Source of the DNA: Candidatus Latescibacterota bacterium
Lineage (GTDB): Bacteria > Latescibacterota > UBA2968 > GCA-2709665
DNA length: 64,000 nt
Direction: 5' to 3'
Assembly (NCBI GenBank): GCA_965203805.1
Contig: OZ241917.1
Coordinates: forward strand, 5,728,001-5,792,000
Shown here: positions 32,315 through 42,373 of the stretch, in pieces
Layout of the letters: the number at the start of each line of letters is the position of its first letter
Numbering within the stretch: position 1 is the first letter of the stretch
Notes under the pieces: model-generated
Told to the model about the DNA's origin: nothing
Seen by the model: the letters and a program-made list of their open reading frames with translations, nothing else
Databases searched by the model: none
Made by a program: the position numbers and the translations under genes

Positions 32315-33253
32315 TCAGACTCGGACAAGCTTGCGGAAACTGCGCATTTCTCTTGGCGGGTCCATTTGCGAACCGAATGCGCTCCAGGACACTTCGCCGA
32401 CGTAGATATCGCCTCGCGAGTCCACGGCAACCCCGTGCGGCGCCGTAAACTGGCCGGGACCCTCGCCTGCCCGCGGGTCTCCCAGCCGGGCGAGACGCCT
32501 GCCCGTCAGGTCGTGAATGCTCACGCACGAACCCACGTTCGGATAGGTTGCGTTGACCTCAAGCTGGGTGGGTAGTTGTCCGATATAGACGAGGTCGTTG
32601 TCGATATGCAGCCCGCACGGTCGGTGAAGGTTGTTCCACTGCGTGAGAAAATTGCCCTGCGGATCGAACACCTGTACCCGGTGGTTTTCCCGGTCGGCGA
32701 TATAGACCGATCCGCGGCTGTCGGTGCAGACGCTGTGGACCAGGTTGAACTGCCCGGGATCGGTTCCGTAGTCTCCCCAGGAGAAGAGATGTTCGCCCGC
32801 CGGCGAGTACTTGTGCACCCGCGCGTTGCCGTAGCCGTCCGAGATGTAGAGGTCTCCCGTGGACGGGTCGAAGGCCACCTTCGTGGGCTGATTGAACGGC
32901 GCTCCGCTCTGGTCCGGGGCGCCCCGGCCGGGGGTCCCGATGACCATCAGGACCTCGCCTTCGAGCGTGCACTTGCGTACACAGTGGCCCTGGTCGTCCA
33001 CGCAATAGAGCATCCCGTCGGGACCCAGGGTGAGGCCATGGGGGCGTACGAACAGGCCCTCGCCCCAGGAACCCAGGAATCGTCCCTCCCGGTCGAATAC
33101 GATGACCGGATGTTCGCCACGGTTGAACACGTACACCCGGTCTTCCGAATCCACCGCCATGTCCACGACCTCTTTAAATCGCCAACCGTCGGGCAGACGC
33201 GCCCAATCGGTCTGTTCTTCATACTGATATTCGCCGCTGCCGAGAAGAGCCAT
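32315..33253 (-). CDS. NHL-repeat beta-propeller (PAL-like family)
   Basis: VYVFNRGEHPV, YISDGYGNARVHKY, YIADRENHRVQVFD repeats. Confidence 0.88.
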   Translation of the reverse strand: MALLGSGEYQYEEQTDWARLPDGWRFKEVVDMAVDSEDRVYVFNRGEHPVIVFDREGRFLGSWGEGLFVRPHGLTLGPDGMLYCVDDQGHCVRKCTLEGEVLMVIGTPGRGAPDQSGAPFNQPTKVAFDPSTGDLYISDGYGNARVHKYSPAGEHLFSWGDYGTDPGQFNLVHSVCTDSRGSVYIADRENHRVQVFDPQGNFLTQWNNLHRPCGLHIDNDLVYIGQLPTQLEVNATYPNVGSCVSIHDLTGRRLARLGDPRAGEGPGQFTAPHGVAVDSRGDIYVGEVSWSAFGSQMDPPREMRSFRKLVRV

Positions 33254-33560
33254 AAAGTGCTCCTGTTTTTCCGGGTTAATGGTTGACCCGACCGCTCCGG
33301 TGGGGCGATTCCGGGAGTCGCACGGTTCTGCGAGCTTGCTCGGATTTCTCAGCCAATCCGACCGGTGTCCAGTATACGCCTCCGCGTTCGGGCGTGTCAA
33401 CAGGTACGCGCGCCCGCGCTGTTCGTCGGGACGCCTGCGCCGTGGGTCTACAACGCACAATTTGCTTGTCTGCAACCATACACCGCGCTATCTTTTCCCG
33501 CAGGAAGATCGAGTAATGCGTGGAGTCGAGCGGACCCCAAGACAACCGGAATCCGGAACC

Positions 33561-33866
33561 ATGCACATTTCTCCCGTTCACGTGGCCTTCCGGGGCTTTC
33601 ATTTCAATCTCCCGGATGCCAGAATCCTGGACTGCATCCACCAGGGGCTGAGTGCGGGAAGGGTGAAGCGTCCCGCGTTCACGCGCTGGCCCGGGAACGA
33701 ACCGATCTCCGTCCAGATCGGGGAGTCGCACCTGGTGAACTGGAGGCGCCAGTTCGAAGACGGCGTGAGCGTGGACGTCCCCGATGAAACGGCGCGGGAG
33801 CTGGACGATATTCTGGGCGTTCCGGACATTGCTCCCCGCAGCCCCGCCCCTCCGGGGGAGACGTAA
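33561..33866 (+). CDS. Hypothetical protein
   Basis: 101-aa ORF with host-like codon usage; no motif recognised. Confidence 0.45.
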   Translation: MHISPVHVAFRGFHFNLPDARILDCIHQGLSAGRVKRPAFTRWPGNEPISVQIGESHLVNWRRQFEDGVSVDVPDETARELDDILGVPDIAPRSPAPPGET

Positions 33867-34045
33867 GACGTGAGAGGGGAGAGGAAATCAATGCCCTATG
33901 GTCTTTCCGGTCGTTACGATGACGGTAAATTAGCAGGCACGGTTTATGTGGAAACACTGCTGTAAATGTCTTCATTTACCGTCTACCCTCTTACGTTTCA
34001 CCGCTTTCAGGCCTTTCATCTACCCTCTCCCGTCTCCCCGTCTGT
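33866..34045. repeat. Dispersed CCGTCT(C/A)-heptad repeat family, copy 1
   Basis: AGACGTGAGAGGGG left arm and ACCGTCTACC...TCACCGCTTTCAG...CCCGTCTCCCCGTCT right arm, related to 46926-47143 and 53205-53325. Confidence 0.55.
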
Positions 34046-34118
34046 CGAAAGGTGAAGGGTACTGGTGAAGTTTGAGGGGTGGGGAGATTCTCCCTCCAAT
34101 CTGCAAAAGGAGCCCGAA

Positions 34119-34928
34119 ATGGACGATGAAGAGAGATATTTCTTCGATCTCAACGGCTATCTCGTGGTCGAGAACGCGCTCTCATCCGAGGAAGTTGCCG
34201 CATGCAACGAGGCCATAGACCGGAACGCCCACCGCATGCGCGAACGATCCGGCGAACAGTCCCTGTCCGGAAAATCCAGAACGCTGAAGGGTCTGCAGGG
34301 CCGCGGCGATCTCGGCGGCATGCTCACGTGGCCTAAGCCCTGGTGCCAGCCGTTCAGGGATCTTCTGGCCCATCCTGCGATCGTGCCGTATCTCAACGAG
34401 GTGTTGCGCGAGGGCTTCCGCCTGGACCACGTCTACGGCATCATCATGCGCAAGGGCACGGAAGGACACGTGCTGCATGGCGGCGGCACCACCGATGACC
34501 TGACCCATTTCTACCAGTTTCACAACGGCAGAATGCGCTGCGGCCTGACCGTTGTCGCATGGATGTTTACAGACTGCGGACCCGGGGACGGCGGTTTTGC
34601 ATGCATACCGGGAAGCCACAAATCGAATTATCCAACGCCGCGGGGCGTGGCCCTGCTGGACAGAGACATCGGTGTGGTGCGGCAGGTGGAAGCGAAAGCG
34701 GGTTCGGCCGTGATCTTCACCGAAGCCCTGACGCACGGGACGATGCCGTGGACGGCCGACCACCAGCGGCGATCCATCCTCTACAAATACTCGCCGGGCC
34801 CGCTGACTTATGCAAGCGTTTACGTGCCCGAGGGCGTGGATGAAGTGCTGGACGAGTTCACGCCCCGGCAGCGCGCCGTGCTGGAGCCGCCGTACCGCCC
34901 GGCCCGCCCGACCGTGTCTGCCGGCTGA
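34119..34928 (+). CDS. Phytanoyl-CoA dioxygenase (PhyH) family Fe/2OG enzyme
   Basis: FDLNGYLVV, LHGG, GGFACIPGSHK, AGSAVIFTEALTHG, RRSILYKY. Confidence 0.88.
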   Translation: MDDEERYFFDLNGYLVVENALSSEEVAACNEAIDRNAHRMRERSGEQSLSGKSRTLKGLQGRGDLGGMLTWPKPWCQPFRDLLAHPAIVPYLNEVLREGFRLDHVYGIIMRKGTEGHVLHGGGTTDDLTHFYQFHNGRMRCGLTVVAWMFTDCGPGDGGFACIPGSHKSNYPTPRGVALLDRDIGVVRQVEAKAGSAVIFTEALTHGTMPWTADHQRRSILYKYSPGPLTYASVYVPEGVDEVLDEFTPRQRAVLEPPYRPARPTVSAG

Positions 34929-35002
34929 ACGTCGTCATTCCCGCTTTGCCGGCGCCGGTCGACGGATCGAAAATCGTGCAAATCCGTATTGACCCAACGC
35001 AG

Positions 35003-35031
35003 AAGCCCCGGTTGGATTCAACCGGGGCTTT
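35003..35031. terminator. Bidirectional rho-independent terminator
   Basis: AAGCCCCGGTTG-GATT-CAACCGGGGCTT perfect stem between convergent genes. Confidence 0.75.
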
Positions 35032-35068
35032 GGTACGTTCGCGATCTGCAACGGCGCCGGAACCGCCA

Positions 35069-36217
35069 CTAAAGGTAGTTCACTCCGTACCACAGCGCCG
35101 GAATCGGGAACACCTCAGCCAGGACCTCGCCGGCGCGCCCTCCTGATTCAAGCAGCGCGTCTTCGGCGCCGTCAAGCGTGCCGAATATCAGCTGCACCGC
35201 GGCGCCCTGGTCCGGCGCCACCACCCGGTCGCCCCCATACGAAAAGATCATCTCGTCTCCCTGCTGCCTGAAGACAAGGCTTTGCGCCGCCGACTCTCCC
35301 ACCACTTCCGCGAAATAAGGCCGCATCCGCTCCATGAACTGCACGAAGTTAATCAGCGTAACCGTCCCCGATGAATTGGCCGGCGCGCCGGTGATCCCTC
35401 TGGCCTGAAGGCAGTCCTGGAACCAGCGGTCGCAGCCCATGACGTGGAGTCCGAGCGACTGGATGCCCAGCGTACGGACCAGCTTGCCCAGGGCGCCGGT
35501 CAGGCATCGGCGGTCGCCTGCCGCCTCCTGTACCGGTATGCTGCCGTCACCTTCGTGCGGCTGTTGCACGATCATATATCCGCGCGTCAGCCCTGCCTCA
35601 CACACTTTGAAGACCAGTGCGGGACGGTTCATGACAAACCCGCTGAAGGCGTAGGCGTAGTCGGACGGGGGGCGCATCCATCGCACGTGCTCCTCCCGGT
35701 ACACCGAAGCCATTGCGGGCACATCGTCAGGACAGGCCGCCACCAGTTCCACGCCCGCGTCATCGAAATCCCCGGCCCGATCCGCGTTGAGCGTGAAGTT
35801 CCAGTCGCGGCCGACGTACCGGCAACCGTACCGGTGGTACATCTTGCGGTACCCGGAAACCAGCATGAAGTCCACCCCGTCCTCCCGGCAGACACGCATC
35901 GTGTCTTCGAACAGGGCCGTTGCGTACCCGTTTCCGCGGTGTTCTTCGTACGTGGCCACCCCGCCAAGGGACGACGCGCGCACGGTGCATCCGAATATGG
36001 ACGCGTTCCGCCGCAGCGCGCCGATGTGAGACACGACGCGACCATCCACGACCACCACCCGCATTTCACCGGCGTGCGCCGGGGTATAGAAGTGGGGATA
36101 TTCGTCGACCAGACCCGGCCGGAACACGGTGTGGACCAGTTCGGACAGGCTTTCGAATTCGCCCGGATGCAGGCTGCGCATGCCATCGCGCCATGAGGGT
36201 TCGGTTTCTCTGGGCAT
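35069..36217 (-). CDS. GNAT acetyltransferase (Eis-like)
   Basis: LGGVATYEEHRGNGYA acetyl-CoA motif, MYHRYG. Confidence 0.82.
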   Translation of the reverse strand: MPRETEPSWRDGMRSLHPGEFESLSELVHTVFRPGLVDEYPHFYTPAHAGEMRVVVVDGRVVSHIGALRRNASIFGCTVRASSLGGVATYEEHRGNGYATALFEDTMRVCREDGVDFMLVSGYRKMYHRYGCRYVGRDWNFTLNADRAGDFDDAGVELVAACPDDVPAMASVYREEHVRWMRPPSDYAYAFSGFVMNRPALVFKVCEAGLTRGYMIVQQPHEGDGSIPVQEAAGDRRCLTGALGKLVRTLGIQSLGLHVMGCDRWFQDCLQARGITGAPANSSGTVTLINFVQFMERMRPYFAEVVGESAAQSLVFRQQGDEMIFSYGGDRVVAPDQGAAVQLIFGTLDGAEDALLESGGRAGEVLAEVFPIPALWYGVNYL

Positions 36218-36293
36218 TCTGGCCTCCCTTCAACGGGGACCGGGGGTCCCCAGCGAGTCAGACAGGAACTCCGGCTGTTTCCTACACCTTCGA

Positions 36294-37241
36294 CTACGCC
36301 TCTACTCCCGACATAAAACCCGGTACGCTGAAGTACCGTTCCGCCGAATCGCAGATCACCGTGGCCACGCGTTTGCCTTCGCCCAACTCTTTTGCCACCC
36401 GGAGCGCGGCCCATACGTTCGCGCCCGCCGAAATGCCGCTCAGGATGCCCTCTTCGGACGCGAGGCGCTTCGAGGTTTCGAACGCGTCGGCCTCGGTCGC
36501 GCAGATCACGTGGTCGTAGATCTCCCGGTTCAGTACCTCGGGTACGAATCCCGCGCCGATGCCCTGGATATCGTGAAGTCCCGGCGCGCCGCCGGAAAGC
36601 ACGTTTGACTGTTGCGGCTCCACCGCCACCACCAGGACCCCGGGCAGTTCCGCCTTCAGCACCTCGCCCACGCCGGTGATGGTGCCGCCCGTGCCCACGC
36701 CGGCCACGAACGCGTCCAGGCGCCCCTCCACCGCAACCAGGATCTCGCGCGCGGTTGTGCGGCGGTGAACCTCGGGATTCGCCGGATTTGCGAACTGCTG
36801 GGGCATGAATGTCTCGTCGGGGGCCTCCCGCGTGATGCGTACTGCCTCGTCCACGGCGCCCTGCATGTCCTCCGCGCCCGGCGTCAGGACCACTTCGGCC
36901 CCGAAGCTCTGCAAGAGATCCCGTCTCTCGCGGCTCATGGAATCCGGCATGGTCAGTATCAGGCGATATCCCTTCGCCGCGGCCACCAGGGCCAGGCCGA
37001 TGCCCGTATTCCCGCTGGTGGGTTCCACAACGGTCATGCCACGCTTCAGGCTGCCGTCGCGCTCGGCGGCATCGATCATAGCGTACGCAATCCGGTCCTT
37101 CACCGAACAGACCGGGTTGGAGGCCTCGATTTTCACGGCCACTTCGGCCATGCCCGGTTCCACCATCCGGTTCAGCCGCACCATCGGCGTCTCGCCGATC
37201 AGTTCAAGAATATCGTCCGCCACCGCGTTCGCCAATGGCAT
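36294..37241 (-). CDS. cysK: Cysteine synthase A
   Basis: SVKDRIA PLP lysine, EPTSGNTG, QQFANPAN, GTGGT, IQGIGAG. Confidence 0.95.
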   Translation of the reverse strand: MPLANAVADDILELIGETPMVRLNRMVEPGMAEVAVKIEASNPVCSVKDRIAYAMIDAAERDGSLKRGMTVVEPTSGNTGIGLALVAAAKGYRLILTMPDSMSRERRDLLQSFGAEVVLTPGAEDMQGAVDEAVRITREAPDETFMPQQFANPANPEVHRRTTAREILVAVEGRLDAFVAGVGTGGTITGVGEVLKAELPGVLVVAVEPQQSNVLSGGAPGLHDIQGIGAGFVPEVLNREIYDHVICATEADAFETSKRLASEEGILSGISAGANVWAALRVAKELGEGKRVATVICDSAERYFSVPGFMSGVEA

Positions 37242-37250
37242 GTCGCTCCT

Positions 37251-37700
37251 TTATTGTTCTGTCCCGCGGGTCTCCACGGCCTCGATCGCCAGTTTTCCCA
37301 GCCGCTGAATGTCTTCCGCGATCGTATCGTCCTCGAGGTCGTCGGAGCCGCACCACCGGTATCCCTCCGCCTCGGAAGCCGACACCTTCAGGCTGCCGCC
37401 CGTGACTCGCGCGAAATAGATCAGGTCGATGTGCTGGTGGCCGGCTGAAATCTGTTCCAGGAGAATGCATTCGGGGCGGCTAAGCACGTCCACCGTGCCC
37501 ATCCTCGAGCGCGGAGAGAGCAGGGCTACCTCCAGACCGCATTCTTCCCGGACTTCCCGGACGGCCGCGTCACACGGCAGTTCGTTCTTGTCGATATGCC
37601 CGCCCGGAGGAAGCCACAGCCTGAGCCGCTTGTGAAACAGCAACAACGTCCTGCCGTCCCGGACGACGAACGTGGTTGCGGTGAAATCTCGCGTCGTCAT
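37251..37700 (-). CDS. NUDIX hydrolase
   Basis: GGHIDKNELPCDAAVREVREECG Nudix box. Confidence 0.9.
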   Translation of the reverse strand: MTTRDFTATTFVVRDGRTLLLFHKRLRLWLPPGGHIDKNELPCDAAVREVREECGLEVALLSPRSRMGTVDVLSRPECILLEQISAGHQHIDLIYFARVTGGSLKVSASEAEGYRWCGSDDLEDDTIAEDIQRLGKLAIEAVETRGTEQ

Positions 37701-38226
37701 CACTCTGAATATACCTTGCGCGACCGGGGTGTGAAAGAACAAACGGACTGTGATTGGCGTGATTAAAACCTGATTGCCGTGATTAAGGCAAAGGCGGGGA
37801 CATGATGAGAAGGACAGAACCAGAAGAACGGGAAGAGGTGGTGGAAGCTGAGTGGGCTGATTGCCGGAATCCGGGGCGTTTACGCCGGCACGAAGGCACG
37901 TGGAATTCGCAAGTCAAAACCAACAATCATGGATATACAGGATGAACAGGATAAAACCCAAAGAACCGGGCAGGGGCGGTGGAAGCTGATTATGCTTGTT
38001 GCACGAAACCGATGTCCGTCCAGCGACGAGGACTCGGGTGGAATTCGCAGATCAAAAGCAAAAAACATGGATGGGCAGGATGGGCAGGATAAAACCAAAC
38101 GAAAAGGCAAACCCGGTGGAAGCTGAGCGGCCAGGCTGCGCGGAACCGGTCATGAACGCCGACCCGGATGTCCGGACGTCCCAACTGACCTGGTTTCTCG
38201 TACCGCCTTTTCCGGTTTTACGCCTT

Positions 38227-38782
38227 TATCCTGCCTATCCTGTGTATCCATGTTCCACTGCATCAATTCTCGATGGTCATTCGCTACCAACCATTACCGA
38301 CATGGATGGACAGGATAAACAGGATAACATCCAAACCGGAAACACCAGGTCAAGCCAGCACATCAATTAAACCTGCCGTTGCAGTTCCTGATTCAGGCTT
38401 CACGAGATCGATGTCGCACACTGCCTCAGCGTGCTTGTAATGTACTACGGAGTCTCGTCATCGGCCGCAGACCGACCCCTGTTTTGCCTCTATCCTGCCT
38501 ATCCTGTGTATCCATGTTCCACTGCATCAATTCTCGATGGTCATTCGCTACCAACCATTACCGACATGGATGGACAGGATAAACAGGATAACATCCAAAC
38601 CGGAAACACCAGGTCAAGCCAGCACATCAATTAAACCTGCCGTTGCAGTTCCTGATTCAGGCTTCACGAGATCGATGTCGCACACTGCCTCAGCGTGCTT
38701 GTAATGTACTACGGAGTCTCGTCATCGGCCGCAGACCGACCCCTGTTTTGCCTCTATCCTGCCTATCCTGTGTATCCATGTT
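38227..38782. repeat. 264-bp tandem duplication (about 2.1 copies)
   Basis: 38227-38490 repeated at 38491-38754; duplicated ORFs 38379/38643 in the ORF track. Confidence 0.9.
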
Positions 38783-38825
38783 AAATCGTGTGTTGCTTCT
38801 TGGGTTGTGGGGTGTCGTCATCCGT

Positions 38826-39206
38826 CTACCAGATGGTTTGTGCGTAATACGCACGGATGATCGCATCGGAGGTGACGATGGGGCAGGCGTTCAGGCTGGC
38901 CGTGGCGACGATGGTCCGATCGGCGGGGTCGCGATGGTCCCAGTCGAGTTCGAGATTTCCGAGCCACGTCCGGACGCAGACAGGGAGGATTTCGATGCGG
39001 TCGACCTGTTCCAACCTGTCAGCGAATTCCCGGATTGGAATCGGTATAAACAGTTGTTCTTTCTTGACCTTGATACCGATTTCCCAAATCGAAATCGCAC
39101 TGAGGGCAATCCTGTCGGCGTCCGCAATCGCCTGTGTGGCAGCATTCGACAGCCGATCTCGATCGAGCGTCCAGAATATGAGGGCGGAGGTGTCCAGGAG
39201 GACCAT
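38826..39206 (-). CDS. vapC: PIN-domain (VapC) toxin
   Basis: LLDTSALIFW, SAISIWEI, HRDPADRTIVATA, TSD. Confidence 0.92.
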   Translation of the reverse strand: MVLLDTSALIFWTLDRDRLSNAATQAIADADRIALSAISIWEIGIKVKKEQLFIPIPIREFADRLEQVDRIEILPVCVRTWLGNLELDWDHRDPADRTIVATASLNACPIVTSDAIIRAYYAQTIW

Positions 39207-39436
39207 CACATTTCCGTCCATTCATCGGCGGTCGGAAGGTTGACGTCGTCGCGGTAGATGACCTGGCCCGAAAGCGCGCCGAACACGTCGTCGACCGTCT
39301 TCTTTCTCGAAATCGGCTGGATGCGCAACACCGGGCGCCTGCGATCCGTTACGATCAACGACTCGCCGGATTCTTCAAGCTCGCGAAAGATGCGAAGCAT
39401 ATTGGCTTTCAATTTGCTCTTTGAGATGGAATTCAT
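39206..39436 (-). CDS. Phd/YefM-family antitoxin
   Basis: ISKSKLKA...GESLIVTDRRRPVLRI; stop overlaps toxin start. Confidence 0.85.
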   Translation of the reverse strand: MNSISKSKLKANMLRIFRELEESGESLIVTDRRRPVLRIQPISRKKTVDDVFGALSGQVIYRDDVNLPTADEWTEM

Positions 39437-39458
39437 ACGATCTCCTTACGTACTAGAA

Positions 39459-39513
39459 ATGACTATAGTCATAACTATGGTCATAATATACATAAATCAA
39501 GATATACTGTCAA
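39459..39513 (-). promoter_or_regulatory. TA promoter with tandem palindromic operators
   Basis: Minus strand TTGACA-17-TATATT (39513-39485); perfect palindrome ATGACTATAGTCAT (39459-39472) plus imperfect ATAACTATGGTCAT (39471-39484). Confidence 0.75.
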
Positions 39514-39675
39514 TTGAAACGACAGGGTATGACTAACCGGGACAAATCGAAAATTTCACATGGATGGACAGGATAGTGCTATCAAAAGTCCAAATTTCCG
39601 GCTGGCGGCGCACGGGAAATCTTGATTCTGTCGCGACGTTGGTTAAATTAGCCTTATTATCATAAGGAGAAGAAA

Positions 39676-39966
39676 ATGCACATGAAGAATCCGCCGCATC
39701 CCGGGCTTTCGATACGGTTCGACTGTCTGGAGCCACTTGGATTGACTGTAGAACACGCAGCGCGAAAACTCGGCGTTGACAGGAAGGAGTTGTCAGATGT
39801 CGTTCACGGCCGAGCCGGCATCTCGCCCGAAATGGCGATTCGTCTGGACAAAGCCTTCGGCGGTGGCGCGCAAACGTGGTACCGGATGCAGGCGGCCTAC
39901 GACCTGGCTCAGGCGATTGCGAAGGCCGAAGAGATTCGCGTTGAGCGCCTCGTGGTTCACAGATGA
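39676..39966 (+). CDS. higA: HigA-family antitoxin (no intact higB upstream)
   Basis: [30 protein letters not shown]. Confidence 0.92.
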   Translation: MHMKNPPHPGLSIRFDCLEPLGLTVEHAARKLGVDRKELSDVVHGRAGISPEMAIRLDKAFGGGAQTWYRMQAAYDLAQAIAKAEEIRVERLVVHR

Positions 39967-40280
39967 TTCCTGACTCGGCCCCGAGCACAATGGCTATTCT
40001 GTTCCTTCTTCTGACGGCATGATGCCGTTTTCGTTTCACCTGACCTGGTTTCTCGTACCGCCTTTTTTGATTTTACGCCTTTATCCTGTCTATCCTGTGC
40101 CGCTATGTTTCATTTTTCCTTGTCAGGATGATTGAGAATAAGATCAGTTTAAATCTCTCAAAGGTACAACTGTCCAATTAATGAAGCACAGGGGATTTTG
40201 ATTCCTCGAGACGATACGTTATATTCATCCCAATAGAAAACGTCAGGGATCGCATCACAACCCAAACCCGGAGGGTCACC

Positions 40281-40499
40281 ATGCAGACCACAACGCCCGC
40301 CGGCGATTTCGACGCCAGGCTTTCCCGCGTCGAGGGGATCGTTGAGCAGCAAAGCCAACGCTTGACGGCCCTCGAAACACGCGTTGACGCCGGTTTTCGC
40401 GAAGTGAACGCCCGCCTCGATAGCGGGTTTCGCTGGATTGTCGGCATTCAGTTTACTACGCTGGTTGCGCTTGGTACGCTGATTCTCTTGAAACTCTAA
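40281..40499 (+). CDS. Small coiled-coil protein with C-terminal TM (DUF1640/CCDC90-like)
   Basis: RLSRVEG...RVDAGFREVNARLDSGFRWIVGIQFTTLVAL; GGAGG upstream. Confidence 0.6.
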   Translation: MQTTTPAGDFDARLSRVEGIVEQQSQRLTALETRVDAGFREVNARLDSGFRWIVGIQFTTLVALGTLILLKL

Positions 40500-40517
40500 C
40501 CCACCATCGGGCGCTGG

Positions 40518-40670
40518 GCCGGCATCTCGCCCGAGATGGCGATTCGTCTGGACAAAGCCTTCGGCGGTGGCGCGCAAACGTGGTACCGGATGCAGGCTGC
40601 GTACTACCTGGCTCAGGCGATGGAGAAGGCCGAAGAGATTCGCGTTGAGTGCCTTGTTTTCCACGAATAA
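40518..40670 (+). pseudogene. higA: Duplicated 3' half of higA
   Basis: Near-identical to 39814-39966, lacks 5' half. Confidence 0.85.
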
Positions 40671-40744
40671 ATCCGACTCGATTCCGAGCGCATCTGCCAC
40701 GCGGATTTTCTAATATCTCCAACTGCCTTTTATACATGGATGGA

Positions 40745-40777
40745 CCTGTCTGCGTGCGTGCCACACGCACAGGCAGG
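40745..40777. repeat. 33-bp CCTGTCTG...CAGGCAGG hairpin inserted in a CAGGAT repeat
   Basis: CATGGATGGA[CCTGTCTGCGTGCGTGCCACACGCACAGGCAGG]CAGGATGAACAGGATAAA; same 33-mer at 47960-47992. Confidence 0.85.
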
Positions 40778-40960
40778 CAGGATGAACAGGATAAAGATCA
40801 CATACCTGCAATTTCCAGTCATCCCTGCGCACGATTCATTCCCGTCTTGTAGGATTTTCCTCCGCACGACATGAGCTCATTACGTCCCACCTGACCTGGT
40901 TTCTCGTACCGCCTTTTTTGATTTTACGCCTTTATCCTGCCTATCCTGTGTATCCATGTT

Positions 40961-41572
40961 TCATGTTTCGTTCTTCCGGTTTTCGTCGGTTTCTTCCCAT
41001 GCCTTCGTGAACGTCTCCGGCTCCACTCCGAGCGCATCGGCCACGCGGTTGATGTAGTTGAAAAAGCCGATGATCTGGACGGCATCGTGGATGGCGCGGT
41101 CGTCGAAACCGTGCTCGCGCAGCCGCTTGATATCCGCGGCGGTCGAGTCTCGCGGGTCCAGGCTGAGCTTCTCCGCGAAGGCGCACAGCGTACGGTCGGC
41201 GGGGGAGAGGGGGGCCTGGCGCCAGTCGGCGGCAATCAGATGCACCAGCCGGTCGGCCTCACTGTCATCTTCAACGCTGAAATCCGCGGCGACCTCGGCA
41301 CGGAGGTCGTGGGCGTGGGCGCGTATTCAGTACACGCAATGGTTCGCTGCTGAAACGACCACGGCGAGCATCTCTCGCTGCGCGCGGCTGAGCGGGGAGG
41401 GGCCGTGCATCAACGCGCCGTAGAAATCCAGCGACGCCTTCATCGCGCGGGGGTTCTGGCTCATCGCGGAGACAATGCCCCAGACGCGCCCCTCCCGCCC
41501 CATCGCGGCGTCATATTGTTGCTTCAACAAACCCGTCGCGGCCTCCGGAGGAATGACGTCGATATAGGGCAT
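40961..41572 (-). CDS. AhpD/carboxymuconolactone decarboxylase-like protein with in-frame UGA (probable selenoprotein, CxxU)
   Basis: MPYIDVIP...REMLAVVVSAANHCVY-TGA(41329-41327)-IRAHAHDLR...DWRQAPL...FNYINRVADALG in one frame (203 aa); hairpin CGACCUC-CGUGCC-GAGGUCG 17 nt after UGA. Confidence 0.85.
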
Positions 41573-41665
41573 CGCGGCCTCCTTCGCAATATGGATCAAT
41601 GCGGAAACGGCAAAACCAAAAAGGCAAGGCAACTTCAACGACACAAAACAACAAACATGGATGAA

Positions 41666-41698
41666 CCTGTCTGCCGTGCCGGGCACGGCACAGGCAGG
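41666..41698. repeat. 33-bp CCTGTCTG...CAGGCAGG hairpin inserted in a CAGGAT repeat
   Basis: CATGGATGAA[CCTGTCTGCCGTGCCGGGCACGGCACAGGCAGG]CAGGAT; the paralogous site at 44270 is empty. Confidence 0.85.
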
Positions 41699-42373
41699 CA
41701 GGATGGGCAGGATAAAACCGTAAGAAACTACGAAAATCGCGAGAGTCACGAAAACCGCAAAGAACAGGCCAAGTCAAAACCGCCAAACATGGATGGACAG
41801 GATGAAACCACAACAACAGGGCAAAATCGGTGACAATTGTCTGCGCTCTTTGCTTGAGACCGACGCTCGAATTACGACACGGAGTCACGTGGACTACGCA
41901 AGTCAAAGACAATAAACATGGATAGACAGGATGAACAGGATAAAACCACTAAAACAGGCCAAATTCGGTAGAAGCTGACTGTCTACGTTGCCGGAAACCG
42001 AGGCACGAACGCCAACACGGACTCAGGTGGGAAAACCTAAACAACAAACATGAACAGACAGGATGGACAGGAAAAAAAGGAAAACAGAGCCGCAAAACCA
42101 GATCAACTGAATTGTTTCAAATTGCCAGATTCAGATTATCCATCGACATCTTGACAATCGCTCCAAATATACTATACTTATGTGCAGTATTTGAGTTTGG
42201 CCTGCTATGCGATTCTGTATTGTGCCGACATATCGACGATTCGTCTGTGCAGTACCGGTTCGCGATTACTTTATTCACCCATCAACATAAGATACGACAG
42301 ACTGAAGATTCAAATCTGCAGATTTACGTTGTCGTCGTAGAGTTCGGGACGTCGGTTGCTGAGGTTAAGAAAA

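Noticed and set aside
38225-38330. Integron attC sites
   Set aside because: Inverted repeat pairs lack clear RYYYAAC/GTTRRRY ends and no tyrosine integrase is present
37880-38700. Short ORFs with MDGQDxQDK or YPAYPVYPC motifs (also near 44.2-45.7 kb)
   Set aside because: They are translations of the DNA repeat in either strand, with frames not conserved between units
39620-39666. Possible higB 3' remnant upstream of higA
   Set aside because: Only a vague YH-like ending; not alignable with confidence
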